DNA of 64,000 nucleotides from Meiothermus sp. Its GTDB lineage: Bacteria; Deinococcota; Deinococci; Deinococcales; Thermaceae. Of this stretch, positions 33,036 through 42,405 are shown piece after piece (the stretch's first letter is position 1; each line of letters opens with the position of its first letter). The notes under the pieces are model-generated. The model did not search any database, was not told where the DNA came from, and saw only the letters and a list, made by a program, of their open reading frames with translations. Made by a program: the position numbers and the translations under genes. The stretch is taken from positions 21,432 through 85,431 of the forward strand of contig JANRLD010000015.1 of NCBI GenBank assembly GCA_033762915.1. Reading direction: 5' to 3'.

Positions 33036-33437
33036 ATGTCCAAAGTCACTACGTTTCTGATGTTCGACGGTAAGGCCGAAGAGGCCATGAACTTTTATGT
33101 CTCGCTGTTTGAGGGCTCGAGCGTGGTTTCGGTGGAGCGCTACGGGCCGGAAGGCCCCGGGGCCGAGGGGAGCGTGCGGTTCGCGGTCTTTCGGCTGAAC
33201 GGGCAGAACTATATGTGTATCGACAGCCCAGCCAAGCCCGACTTCACTTTCACGCCCGCAATCTCGCTTTACGTGACCTGCAAAACTGAGGAGGAGATCT
33301 ACCGCCTCTTCAAGCAGCTACGGCAGGGTGGTCGGGTGCTGATGGAGATGGCCCCGCTACCGCCCCACAGCAAGAAATTTGCCTGGGTCACCGACCGCTT
33401 TGGCGTCTCCTGGCAGCTGAGCCAGCCCCAGAAGTAG
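33036..33437 (+). CDS. VOC family PhnB-like protein
   Basis: FLMFDG.AEEAM.FY, FTPAISL, W..DRFGVSWQL. Confidence 0.9.
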   Translation: MSKVTTFLMFDGKAEEAMNFYVSLFEGSSVVSVERYGPEGPGAEGSVRFAVFRLNGQNYMCIDSPAKPDFTFTPAISLYVTCKTEEEIYRLFKQLRQGGRVLMEMAPLPPHSKKFAWVTDRFGVSWQLSQPQK

Positions 33438-33659
33438 GGGTTGCGCGTGGGGCAGCAGCGGACGCCCTGTGCGGGAGCCTCAGAGCGGTTCCCACGCATA
33501 CTCCCTACGGCGCTAAAGCGGGCGGGTCTTGCTATATGTAATACATCACCTGCCGCCGCGAGGGAGGTAATGTTGGGAAACGCGATCAGACCGGCTCGAA
33601 TCCGGGGCGCATCGGGAGGCCCAACTCGAGGATTTGGTCTGCCGGTATAGAATCGCTCC

Positions 33660-34580
33660 ATGAGCAAAGTCGGTGTAGTAGGTTCTGGGCTGGTGGGTTC
33701 GACGGCCGCACACACCCTAGCGCTGCGGGGCACCTGCGAAGAGATCGTGCTGTTGGATTCCGACCTCGACAAGGCCCAGGCCCAGGCGTCGGATGTGGCG
33801 GCCGCCGCCACGCTGCACCGGGGCATGCGGGTCTACAGCGGGGGCTTCGAGCGGCTGGCTGGGGCCGATGTGGTGGTGCTTTCGGCGGGGCTGCGCCAGA
33901 GGGGTGGGCTCAGCCGTAGCGAACTGTTCGTGAGCAACGCGCAGATATTCCAGGAGGTTATCCCGCAGATCGTAGCGGCGGCCCCCGACGCGGTGATCCT
34001 TGTGGCGACCCAGCCGGTCGACCCCCTCACCGAGCTGGCCACGCGGCTGGTCGGGGAGCACCGGGCGGCCAAGGTGCTGGGGGTGGGGACGGTGATGGAG
34101 ACCATGCAATTGCGGGCGGCGGTGGCGGCCCACCTTGGCGTGTCCACCGAGCACGTCCACGGCTACGTAGTGGGGGAGGAGGGCGACTCGGCGCTGGTTG
34201 TCTGGTCAAACCTCAACGTGGCCGGGCTACCCATCACCAAATTCGCCGCCCAGCGCGGCAAGAGCTGGACTTACCACGACCAGTCGCAGATCACCGACCG
34301 CACCCAGCGCTCCAACCGCCGGGTGGTGGAGGGCAAGGGGGCAGTGGCCTACAGTGTGGGCGTGGCGATCGCTCGAGTGGTGGAGGCAGTGGTGCGCGAT
34401 GCCCAAGTGGTACTCACGGTAAGCGCTCGAGACCCCGAGCAGGGCCTGTCGTACTCGATGCCCCGCCTGGTTGGCCGGGGCGGGGTGATCGCCACCGTCG
34501 ACCCCCACCTCTCCGAGGAGGAGGCGTTCCGCCTCGATATTCTCCTCAACAGCCTACGCAACACCTTCGAGAAAATCTGA
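33660..34580 (+). CDS. L-lactate dehydrogenase-like protein with substituted catalytic residues
   Basis: GSGLVG Rossmann motif and LDH layout, but TQPVD, VMETMQLR and GEEGDS replace NPVD, LDTARFR and GEHGDS. Confidence 0.85.
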   Translation: MSKVGVVGSGLVGSTAAHTLALRGTCEEIVLLDSDLDKAQAQASDVAAAATLHRGMRVYSGGFERLAGADVVVLSAGLRQRGGLSRSELFVSNAQIFQEVIPQIVAAAPDAVILVATQPVDPLTELATRLVGEHRAAKVLGVGTVMETMQLRAAVAAHLGVSTEHVHGYVVGEEGDSALVVWSNLNVAGLPITKFAAQRGKSWTYHDQSQITDRTQRSNRRVVEGKGAVAYSVGVAIARVVEAVVRDAQVVLTVSARDPEQGLSYSMPRLVGRGGVIATVDPHLSEEEAFRLDILLNSLRNTFEKI

Positions 34581-34652
34581 CCCCCAGCACGGCCCCTTGC
34601 GGGCGGAAGGCTTGGCCGACCGCTCGCTGAGCACACAAAAGAAGGAGCTTTC

Positions 34653-35471
34653 ATGCTTGTTGAAAACCCCCGCGAATTCCTGCGACACGCCTACCAGCAG
34701 CGCTTCTGCATGCCGGCCTTCAACGTCTGCAACCTCGAGATGGCCAGAGCGGTGATCGAGGCGGCGACCGAGGAGAAGGCCCCGGTAATCGTCCAGACCT
34801 ATCCGGGCGACCTCGAGCACGGCGGCCTGCGGACCCTGCCGGCGCTCATCAAGAGCTTCGCCGCCGAGACCCCGGTACCGGTCTTTCTTCACCTCGACCA
34901 CGGGCCGGGGCTAGAGTTCAACTTGCGCTGCCTGCGCGAGGGGTACAGCTCCTGCATGTTCGACGGGTACCAGCTCTCGCTCGAGGAAGCGCTGAAAGAG
35001 ACCGCCCTGATCGCTCGAGCGGCCCACGCGCTCGGGGCGGCAGTGGAGGGCGAGCTGGGCACGTTCGGCGAGGGACAGGGAGACCAGATTCACTACACCG
35101 ACCCCGCCCAGGTGCCGCTGATGTTTGAGCAGGGGCGGGTGGACATGCTGGCGGTCTCGGTAGGCTCCGAGCACGGCAAGTCCACGCGGCTGCGCCTGGA
35201 CCTGCTCGAGGACATCGCCGGGCAGGCTGGTGGCCCGCTGGTCTTGCACGGCGGCAGCGGCATCCACGAGGACGATGTGCGGGCGGCGGTGCGGCTTGGG
35301 GTGGTGAAGATCAACATCGGCGCGGCCCTGTCCAGGGCCTGGGTGGAGGCCTCGAGGGAGGCCCTGGAGGCTGGTCAGAACCACTACGACATGCTCGAGC
35401 GCTGCCTGGACCGGGTGCGCGAAGTGGCCCGCAACCGCCTTCGCCTGATGGGTGCCTCTGGCAAAGCTTGA
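34653..35471 (+). CDS. Class II ketose-bisphosphate aldolase (Fba family)
   Basis: PAFN, HLDHG, VEGELG, GSEHG, LVLHGGSG, KINIG. Confidence 0.92.
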   Translation: MLVENPREFLRHAYQQRFCMPAFNVCNLEMARAVIEAATEEKAPVIVQTYPGDLEHGGLRTLPALIKSFAAETPVPVFLHLDHGPGLEFNLRCLREGYSSCMFDGYQLSLEEALKETALIARAAHALGAAVEGELGTFGEGQGDQIHYTDPAQVPLMFEQGRVDMLAVSVGSEHGKSTRLRLDLLEDIAGQAGGPLVLHGGSGIHEDDVRAAVRLGVVKINIGAALSRAWVEASREALEAGQNHYDMLERCLDRVREVARNRLRLMGASGKA

Positions 35472-35610
35472 GCTCTTTCATCGAGTAGCCGGTAGCCGCC
35501 TTGTAGGGACATTGAGGGCGTGCTCGAGGTGTAATCGAGCGGCTCAAAACCCCACGGGTTCGGGTGCTGAGGCTTTGGGCAGCGGGTACCGGCTTGGTAA
35601 GCTGGGGCCG

Positions 35611-36348
35611 ATGAAGTACACCATTCTGACCCTGTTTCCCGGTCTTGTGCGGCCCTGGCTCGAGGAGGCCCTGATCCAAAAGGCCATCGAGAAGGGTTTG
35701 ATCGAGGTCGAGGTGCGCGACATCCGCGACTACGCCAACAACAAGCACAACATCGTCGACGAGACCCCCTACGGCGGCGGGGCCGGCATGGTGATGAAGG
35801 TAGACGTGGTGGTGCGGGCCATCGAGGCCGCCGGGGAGGCCGACGAGGTAATCCTACTGACCCCCGCCGGGCGACCCTTCAACCAGCGGACCGCCGAAGA
35901 GCTGGCGGCCCTGAGTTCGGACCAGGGGCGCAAACATCTGGTGCTGGTCTGCGGGCGCTACGAGGGGATCGACGCTCGAGTCGAGCAGTTCGTCACCCGC
36001 GAAGTCTCCATCGGCGACTATGTGCTGATGGGCGGAGAGCTGGGGGCGCTGGTGCTGCTGGAGGCCACCTCGAGGCTGATCCCCGGCGTCATCAAGGAGG
36101 CCGAGAGTCATCAGCAGGACTCATTTTCGACCGGGCTGCTGGACTACCCGCACTACACCCGGCCCGCCAGCTTTCGCGGGCTCGAGGTGCCCGAAATCCT
36201 AATCTCCGGCCATCACGCCAAGATTAATGAGTGGCGGCGCAGACAGGCGCTGAGCCGCACCAAGGCCCGCCGGCCAGACCTTCTGAACGGCACCGAGCTT
36301 ACCCCCAAAGACCTGGCCTGGCTGGACGCGCAGGACGGTTCAGCGTAA
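35611..36348 (+). CDS. trmD: tRNA (guanine37-N1)-methyltransferase
   Basis: TLFP, VDETPYGGGAGMV, CGRYEGID, SIGDYVLMGGE, PHYTRP; ATG 7 nt after TAAGCT. Confidence 0.97.
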   Translation: MKYTILTLFPGLVRPWLEEALIQKAIEKGLIEVEVRDIRDYANNKHNIVDETPYGGGAGMVMKVDVVVRAIEAAGEADEVILLTPAGRPFNQRTAEELAALSSDQGRKHLVLVCGRYEGIDARVEQFVTREVSIGDYVLMGGELGALVLLEATSRLIPGVIKEAESHQQDSFSTGLLDYPHYTRPASFRGLEVPEILISGHHAKINEWRRRQALSRTKARRPDLLNGTELTPKDLAWLDAQDGSA

Positions 36349-36452
36349 CGCCCAACCTGGCAGTGCGTCTCGTTTAGGGGAAACAACTGACGAAAAAACC
36401 TCCCATTCGTGGACTCTAGGCCACACTTAGGCGTCACGCGGTTGTAAATCCA

Positions 36453-36481
36453 TTGACACTCCCCTGACCCGTTCTTATACT
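36453..36481 (+). promoter_or_regulatory. Near-consensus sigma70 promoter of the NMT1-type ABC operon
   Basis: TTGACA-17 nt-TATACT. Confidence 0.8.
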
Positions 36482-36518
36482 CCCCTCAGGTGTTCGACAC
36501 CTGAGGAGGATTCCAACC

Positions 36519-37532
36519 ATGCTAAAAAGAGCACTTGCGCTCGCTGCTGTCGGACTAGCGGTGTCGGGTCTGGCACAGACCAACGTAAAATTCACCCTCG
36601 ACTTTTCCTTCCAAGGCCCCACCTCGCCTTTTTTGCTGGCCCTGGACAAGGGCTATTACACGGCGGAGCGGCTGAACGTGTCCATCGACCGGGGCTTCGG
36701 CTCGGGCGACGCGATCAGCAAAATTGCTGCGGGCACCTACGACATGGGCTTCGCTGACGTCAACTCGATGATCGAGTTCAACGCCAGGAACCCCAACAAC
36801 CAGCTACTGGCGGTGTTCATGGTCTACAACTCCACTCCTGCCGCCGTCTTCTCGATCCGGGGCAGGGGCATCACCCGCCCGGCCGACCTGGTGGGCAAGA
36901 CTCTGGCCGCACCGGCGGGCGACGCCGGACGTCGGCTGTTCCCGGTTTTTGCCGAGGCCACCGGCATCGACGTGAGCAAGGTCAACTTCATTAACGTCGA
37001 CGCCCCGCTGCGCGAGCCGACCCTGGCGCGCGGCCAGGCCGACGGGATCACCGGCTTCTTTTTCACCTCCTTCCTCAACTTGCGCAATGTCGGGGTTAAG
37101 CCGGAGGACATGGTAATCCTGCGCTACTCCGACTTCACCCAAGACCTCTATGGCAATGCCGTGGTGGTTCGGCGCGACTTCGCCCAGTCCAACCCAGCGG
37201 CCGTCTCGGCTTTCCTGCGGGCTACGGTCAGGGGCTTCAAGGACGTCATCGCCAACCCTGACGAGGGCGTGGCGGCGGCCAAGCGCCGCGACGGTCTGTT
37301 GAACGACGCCCTCGAGCGCGAGCGCCTGGTGCTGGCCTTCAACGCCCATGTCCTGACCGCCGATAGCCGCGCCTTCGGGCTGGGCTCGGTGCGCCGCGAG
37401 CGCATGGAGCGCAACATCCGCGCCGTCACCAAGGCCTTCGACCTCCCCAGCACCCTCAAGGTTGAACAGGTCTGGACCGACCGCTTCCTGCCCCCGATTG
37501 CCGAGCGGCGGGTGACGGGGTCGCTGCGCTAA
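36519..37532 (+). CDS. NMT1/THI5-like ABC substrate-binding protein (purine/pyrimidine-type substrate likely)
   Basis: Signal peptide; FTLDF.FQG, DRGFGS, YDMGFAD, LYGN; upstream of purine catabolic genes. Confidence 0.88.
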   Translation: MLKRALALAAVGLAVSGLAQTNVKFTLDFSFQGPTSPFLLALDKGYYTAERLNVSIDRGFGSGDAISKIAAGTYDMGFADVNSMIEFNARNPNNQLLAVFMVYNSTPAAVFSIRGRGITRPADLVGKTLAAPAGDAGRRLFPVFAEATGIDVSKVNFINVDAPLREPTLARGQADGITGFFFTSFLNLRNVGVKPEDMVILRYSDFTQDLYGNAVVVRRDFAQSNPAAVSAFLRATVRGFKDVIANPDEGVAAAKRRDGLLNDALERERLVLAFNAHVLTADSRAFGLGSVRRERMERNIRAVTKAFDLPSTLKVEQVWTDRFLPPIAERRVTGSLR

Positions 37533-37619
37533 ACGCTTGGACACGGGCTGTCAGCCTGACGCTGCGCGGTGGTTTAGGCTGACGGCTGAAAGTCCGACCC
37601 ATTCGGGGTACACTGACCC

Positions 37620-38423
37620 ATGTCCTTCATTGAACTGAGCGACGTCAGCCTCCGCTACGACAACGGCTACTTGGCCGTAGAGGGGGTTGACCTCTCAATC
37701 GCCGAGGGCGAGTTCGTCTCGCTGGTGGGGCCGTCGGGATGCGGCAAGTCCACCCTACTGCGGGTGATTTCCGGACTCCGCAAACCCAGCGTAGGAAGCG
37801 CCACGGTTCACGGCAAAGCCGTGAGCGGGCCCATTGGCGGGGTGGGGATGGCCTTCCAAAACGCCACCCTGATGCCCTGGCGCACCGTGATCCAAAACAT
37901 TCTGCTGCCCCTCGAGGTCTCCCCACTGCACAAGCACAAGTACCGACAGAACCCCAAGCCCTACGTAGAATCGGCCCGGGAGCTTATGGCCTCGGTCGGG
38001 CTGGCCGGGTTCGAAAACGTGAACGTGTGGGAGCTATCGGGCGGGATGCAGCAGCGCGCCAGCCTGTGCCGGGCCCTGATCCACCAACCGGAAATTCTGA
38101 TGCTCGACGAGCCGTTCTCGGCGCTGGACGCCTTCACCCGCGAGGAGCTGTGGCAGGCCATGCAGGTGTTGTATATGAGCCGCAAGCCCACCGTGATCCT
38201 GGTCACCCACGACCTGCGCGAGGCCGTCTACCTTTCCGACACCATCTACACCATGAGTTCGCGCCCCGGAAAGATCGCCTACTCGAGGAAGGTCACCTTC
38301 CCCAGGCCGCGGGCCCTCGAGTCCACCTACGACGACGACTTCGCCCACATCGTCAAGGAGCTGCGCGAGCAGATTGGCGGCATGCGCACGCAGATTAGCG
38401 GGCTGAAAGGCGTCGGGGCTTAG
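37620..38423 (+). CDS. ABC ATP-binding protein (TauB/SsuB type)
   Basis: GPSGCGKST, LSGGMQQR, LDEPFSALDAFTRE. Confidence 0.94.
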   Translation: MSFIELSDVSLRYDNGYLAVEGVDLSIAEGEFVSLVGPSGCGKSTLLRVISGLRKPSVGSATVHGKAVSGPIGGVGMAFQNATLMPWRTVIQNILLPLEVSPLHKHKYRQNPKPYVESARELMASVGLAGFENVNVWELSGGMQQRASLCRALIHQPEILMLDEPFSALDAFTREELWQAMQVLYMSRKPTVILVTHDLREAVYLSDTIYTMSSRPGKIAYSRKVTFPRPRALESTYDDDFAHIVKELREQIGGMRTQISGLKGVGA

Positions 38424-38462
38424 GGAACGGGGCAGGTTAAGCTCGATTGAGGTGGGAGGCGT

Positions 38463-39227
38463 ATGAACGGGAGGACTCGAGACACCCTGACTGCGGTCGC
38501 GGCGACCGTGGGGCTATTCGTGCTGTGGGAGGTTGGGGTGCGGCTGTTCAGCGTGCCGACTTTCATCCTACCGCCGCCCACACAGGCGGTGCAATCGCTG
38601 CTACCGGTCTGGGGCGTAGTGATGGGGCACGCCTGGCAGACCCTTTGGACGACCCTGGTAGGCTTCGGGATTGCGGTACTGGCCGGGGTGCTGCTGGGCG
38701 TCGCGGTGGGGACCTCCAAGGCCCTCAACGTCTCGCTATACCCCATCCTGGTGGGCTTCAATAGCGTGCCCAAGGCCGCGCTGGTTCCGGTGTTGGTGCT
38801 GTGGTTCGGAATTGGGACGGTGCCGGCGATTCTCTCGGCCTTCTTGATCTCGTTCTTCCCCATTGTGGTGAACGTGGCGACCGGGCTGGCCTCGGTGCCG
38901 CCCGAGCAGCGCGAGGTGCTGCGGGTGCTGGGGGCCAGCCGCTTCGAGGGCTTCACCAAGGTCTCGCTGCCCTACTCGATGCCCTACTTCTTCGCCTCGC
39001 TCAAGGTCGCCATCACCCTGGCCTTCGTGGGCGCGGTCATCGCCGAGATTGCCGCCTCGCAGCGCGGTATTGGCTACATGATGACCTCGGCCAGCTCTAA
39101 CTTTAACGTCCCCCTGGTCTTCGGCGGTCTGCTCCTGATCGCGGTGATGGGTATCGTGCTCTACGCCGTGTTCGCGGTGCTCGAGCGAAGGGTAGTGGGC
39201 TGGGCCTACCGCAGCCAAAACACCTAG
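38463..39227 (+). CDS. ABC permease (TauC/SsuC type)
   Basis: FILPPP, PK.AL.P, FFPIVVN, PYFFASLK. Confidence 0.93.
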   Translation: MNGRTRDTLTAVAATVGLFVLWEVGVRLFSVPTFILPPPTQAVQSLLPVWGVVMGHAWQTLWTTLVGFGIAVLAGVLLGVAVGTSKALNVSLYPILVGFNSVPKAALVPVLVLWFGIGTVPAILSAFLISFFPIVVNVATGLASVPPEQREVLRVLGASRFEGFTKVSLPYSMPYFFASLKVAITLAFVGAVIAEIAASQRGIGYMMTSASSNFNVPLVFGGLLLIAVMGIVLYAVFAVLERRVVGWAYRSQNT

Positions 39228-39636
39228 CATATTGCCTCGATCTCACTCTTGGGAATTGCCCCGGGCTGTGCCTCGACCTTGACGCACTCTGCCATGATTT
39301 GTTGTCTGGCTACAGAGGTAGCGCGAAATAGAGTGCGAATCTGGGAAGCTGACTTGCAGTGGGTACGCAAGGTGAAAAGGACTTCGGCCAAGGATTTGGC
39401 AATGACTTAAGGCTGGACATTAGCTCACACCACGAATATCACCCCACCTAGAGCCTCAGATGTGCAAGACATTCGCGGGAGCGGCCCAACCTGATTCCGG
39501 CGCGGCCGATTCGCCCGAACCGTGCGGACGACTCGCTTTGCCCCCCCGATGTCCAGTTGATCGTGCCCTTCCGCTGGGGCCCTTTACTTGTTCACTGCTA
39601 CTAGTTCGCGGCCCAGGACTGAGGGGGTGTGGTGCA

Positions 39637-39665
39637 TTGCTCAATACTCCCTGGTGCTTCAAAAT
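39637..39665 (+). promoter_or_regulatory. Putative promoter for leaderless uraH
   Basis: TTGCTC-17 nt-CAAAAT, then 6 nt to ATG. Confidence 0.55.
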
Positions 39666-39671
39666 ACCCCC

Positions 39672-40028
39672 ATGGCCCGACTCTCAACTCACGTGCTCGA
39701 CACCGCGCAAGGCAGGCCCGCGGCGGGACTGGACATCGAACTCTTCAAAATCGGCTCGGCGGGCTCGAGGCAGTTCATCAAGGCCACCACCACCAACGCC
39801 GACGGCCGCACCGACGAGCCACTGCTGTCGGGGGATGTGCTCGAGACCGGAACCTACGAGCTGGTCTTTCACGCTGGTGCCTACCTCAAGGCGCAGGGAC
39901 TTAAGCTGCCCGAACCGCCATTTCTGGACGAGGTGCCCATCCGCTTCGGGATTGCCGAGGCCAGGGGACACTACCATGTCCCGTTGCTGCTCTCGCCCTT
40001 CGGATACTCGACCTACCGGGGAAGCTGA
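39672..40028 (+). CDS. uraH: 5-hydroxyisourate hydrolase
   Basis: [24 protein letters not shown]-terminal YRGS. Confidence 0.97.
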   Translation: MARLSTHVLDTAQGRPAAGLDIELFKIGSAGSRQFIKATTTNADGRTDEPLLSGDVLETGTYELVFHAGAYLKAQGLKLPEPPFLDEVPIRFGIAEARGHYHVPLLLSPFGYSTYRGS

Positions 40029-40873
40029 TGCTGCAACCGTTCGAAGTACTGCTCGAGGACCCGGACTCGGCGTCGGGGCCCCTGCCCCCAAGCCTGGCCC
40101 AGGTCTACGGCGGTGGCCTGCGGCTCGCCGAGCGCCGCGGTCGGCCTTTGGTGTTCTCCAACTTCGTCCTCAGCCGCGACGGGCGAACTTCCTTCAACCT
40201 TCCGGGTCAGGCCGGCGGGGGAGAGGTCTCGGCTTTTAACCCCCACGACCAGTGGCTGATGGGCCTGCTGCGGGCGCGGGCCGACGCGGTGATGGTGGGC
40301 GACGGGACGCTGCGACTGGAGCCCGAGCACCTCTGGACCAGCAACTACATCTGCCCCACCCACGCCGAGCCGTTTTCGGCCTGGCGGCTCGAGCTGGGCC
40401 TGCCGGGCCCTCCGCTCCAGGTGATCGTCTCGCTCGAGGGCGACTTTCCCCCCGAGGCTGCGGTGTTCGGTGCAGGGCTCGAGGTGCTGATCGCCACCAC
40501 CCCGCGTGGGCTGGCCAGAGCCGAGGAGCGGGCCGGTGGTCGGGCCACGGTGCTGGTGGTGGGCGAGGAGAGCGGGGTGGACCTGCGCCGCCTGGGCCAG
40601 CTGCTGTACGCGGACTTTGGGATCCGGGCGCTCTTGTGCGAGGGCGGCCCCCGCCTGATTGGCTCGGTGATCCGGCAGGGGCAGCTGGACGAAGAGTTCT
40701 TGTGCCTGAGCCCGGTGGTGATCGGGCAGAACTCCGCCGAAGGGCTGCGGCCAGGTTTGATCGAGGGCGTGGGCTTCACCCCCGAACTTGCCCCGCGCTC
40801 GAGGCCGGTGAGCCTCCGCCGGGCGGGGGACTATCTGTTCCTGCGCTCTAGGTACGAGTATCGCGGGGCGTGA
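40028..40873 (+). CDS. RibD C-terminal (pyrimidine reductase-like) protein
   Basis: NFV.S.DG, LRARADAVMVG.GT, LLCEGGP, LDE..L..SP; TGATG overlap with uraH. Confidence 0.87.
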   Translation: MLQPFEVLLEDPDSASGPLPPSLAQVYGGGLRLAERRGRPLVFSNFVLSRDGRTSFNLPGQAGGGEVSAFNPHDQWLMGLLRARADAVMVGDGTLRLEPEHLWTSNYICPTHAEPFSAWRLELGLPGPPLQVIVSLEGDFPPEAAVFGAGLEVLIATTPRGLARAEERAGGRATVLVVGEESGVDLRRLGQLLYADFGIRALLCEGGPRLIGSVIRQGQLDEEFLCLSPVVIGQNSAEGLRPGLIEGVGFTPELAPRSRPVSLRRAGDYLFLRSRYEYRGA

Positions 40874-41052
40874 GGTTCGAAAGTTGAGGTATAAAAGATA
40901 ATCGTTTCAGGGTTGCCCACACGGGGAGACACTTCGATTATTGGAAGGTGGCGAATTTCTTCACGAACACTTTATCGTGAATGTTTGCACATATTACCGT
41001 GCCCAAAAGCTGTGCCTCAAGAGCGCCCGGAAGGTAGACTTTGGTCTGACTT

Positions 41053-42288
41053 ATGACCGCCCAAGACCTGGCCCTCGAGGCCGTTCAACGCTGTCACCAG
41101 CTGGCCCGCTTCTCCGAAGAGGCAGGCAAACTCACCCGTACCTTCCTGACCCCGCCGATGCGGGAGGTTCACGCTGCACTGACCACCTGGATGGCCGAGT
41201 TGGGGATGGAGGTGCGGGTCGACGGCATCGGTAACCTGATTGGGCGCTACCCCGGTCTCACCCCCGATGCACCCGCGTTTCTGATCGGCTCGCACGTCGA
41301 CACCGTGCGCGACGCGGGTAAGTACGACGGCCCACTGGGGGTGATGCTGGGGTTGGCCCTGGTGAAGGGACTGGGGGGCCGGCGGCTGCCGTTTGCAATC
41401 GAGGTGGTGGCTTTTTCGGAAGAGGAGGGGGTGCGCTTCTCGGTACCCTTCTTCGGCAGCAAGACCCTCACCGGCCGCTTCGATCCGGAATATCTCAAGC
41501 TGAGGGATGCTGAGGGGGTCAGCCTCGAGCAGGCCCTGCGCAACTTCGGGCTGGACTCGAGCTGGATTCGCCGTTCGGCCTACGTGCCGGAGCAGGTGGC
41601 GGGCTACCTGGAGTTCCACATCGAGCAGGGCCCGGTGCTGGAGTCGCTGGGGCTGCCGCTGGGGGTGGTGGAGGCCATCGTGGGGCAGAGCCGGCTCGAG
41701 GTGGCGTTCCGAGGAAAGGCCAACCACGCCGGAACCACCCCCATGCACCTGCGCCAGGACGCCCTGGCAGGGGCCGCCGAGTGGATGACCCTGGTCGAGC
41801 GCGAGGCCCGAGAGGAGCCCGGCCTGGTCGCCACGGTGGGGATGATCACCGCACTGCCGGGGGCCGGCAACGTGATCCCCGGCGAGGTGCGGATGAGCCT
41901 GGACGTGCGCCACCAGTACGACGAGACCCGCAGCCTGGCGGTGGCCAACCTCATCACTCGGGCGCAGCAGGTGTCCCAGCGGCGGGGCCTCGAGCTCGGC
42001 TACCGCGCCCTCTACGAGCAGCCTGCCGTGCCCTGCGACCCGGCGCTCAACGTGCAGCTCGAGGCTGCTGTGGCCAACGCCGAGTACCCCGTGCACCGGA
42101 TGGTCTCTGGCGCGGGCCACGACGCGCAGATCATGGCCGCGCTGTGCCCCGCGACGATGCTTTTCATCCGTACTCCGGCCGGCCTATCGCACCACCCCGA
42201 CGAGGCGGTGATCGCGTCGGACGTGGCGGCGGCAGTTGCGGTGGGGCTGGGCTTTTTGGAGCAGCTGGCCGGGAATAGCCAAGGGTGA
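41053..42288 (+). CDS. allC: Allantoate amidohydrolase (M20 family)
   Basis: GSHVDTV..AG.YDG.LGV, EEEG.RF, EFHIEQGPVLE, NHAGTTPM, SGAGHDA, SHHPDE; pathway context. Confidence 0.9.
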   Translation: MTAQDLALEAVQRCHQLARFSEEAGKLTRTFLTPPMREVHAALTTWMAELGMEVRVDGIGNLIGRYPGLTPDAPAFLIGSHVDTVRDAGKYDGPLGVMLGLALVKGLGGRRLPFAIEVVAFSEEEGVRFSVPFFGSKTLTGRFDPEYLKLRDAEGVSLEQALRNFGLDSSWIRRSAYVPEQVAGYLEFHIEQGPVLESLGLPLGVVEAIVGQSRLEVAFRGKANHAGTTPMHLRQDALAGAAEWMTLVEREAREEPGLVATVGMITALPGAGNVIPGEVRMSLDVRHQYDETRSLAVANLITRAQQVSQRRGLELGYRALYEQPAVPCDPALNVQLEAAVANAEYPVHRMVSGAGHDAQIMAALCPATMLFIRTPAGLSHHPDEAVIASDVAAAVAVGLGFLEQLAGNSQG

Positions 42289-42405
42289 ATCAAGGGGTGT
42301 GGGGCAACCATTTCCGACTCGAGGGGTTGGGCGATGCTCTTCTAGCCTCTGCATAACGTCTTCGGCGTATGTCTCGCGGTCTCATCCCAGAGCTTATAAT
42401 CAGCC

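Noticed and set aside
39228..39636. Possible purine riboswitch or uraD remnant upstream of uraH
   Set aside because: No recognisable aptamer or UraD motif, and uraH looks leaderless; an Rfam or tBLASTn search would settle it.
42340..42356. TTCTAGCCTCTGCATAA as an RDRM
   Set aside because: The left half-site lacks the conserved G at position 5.
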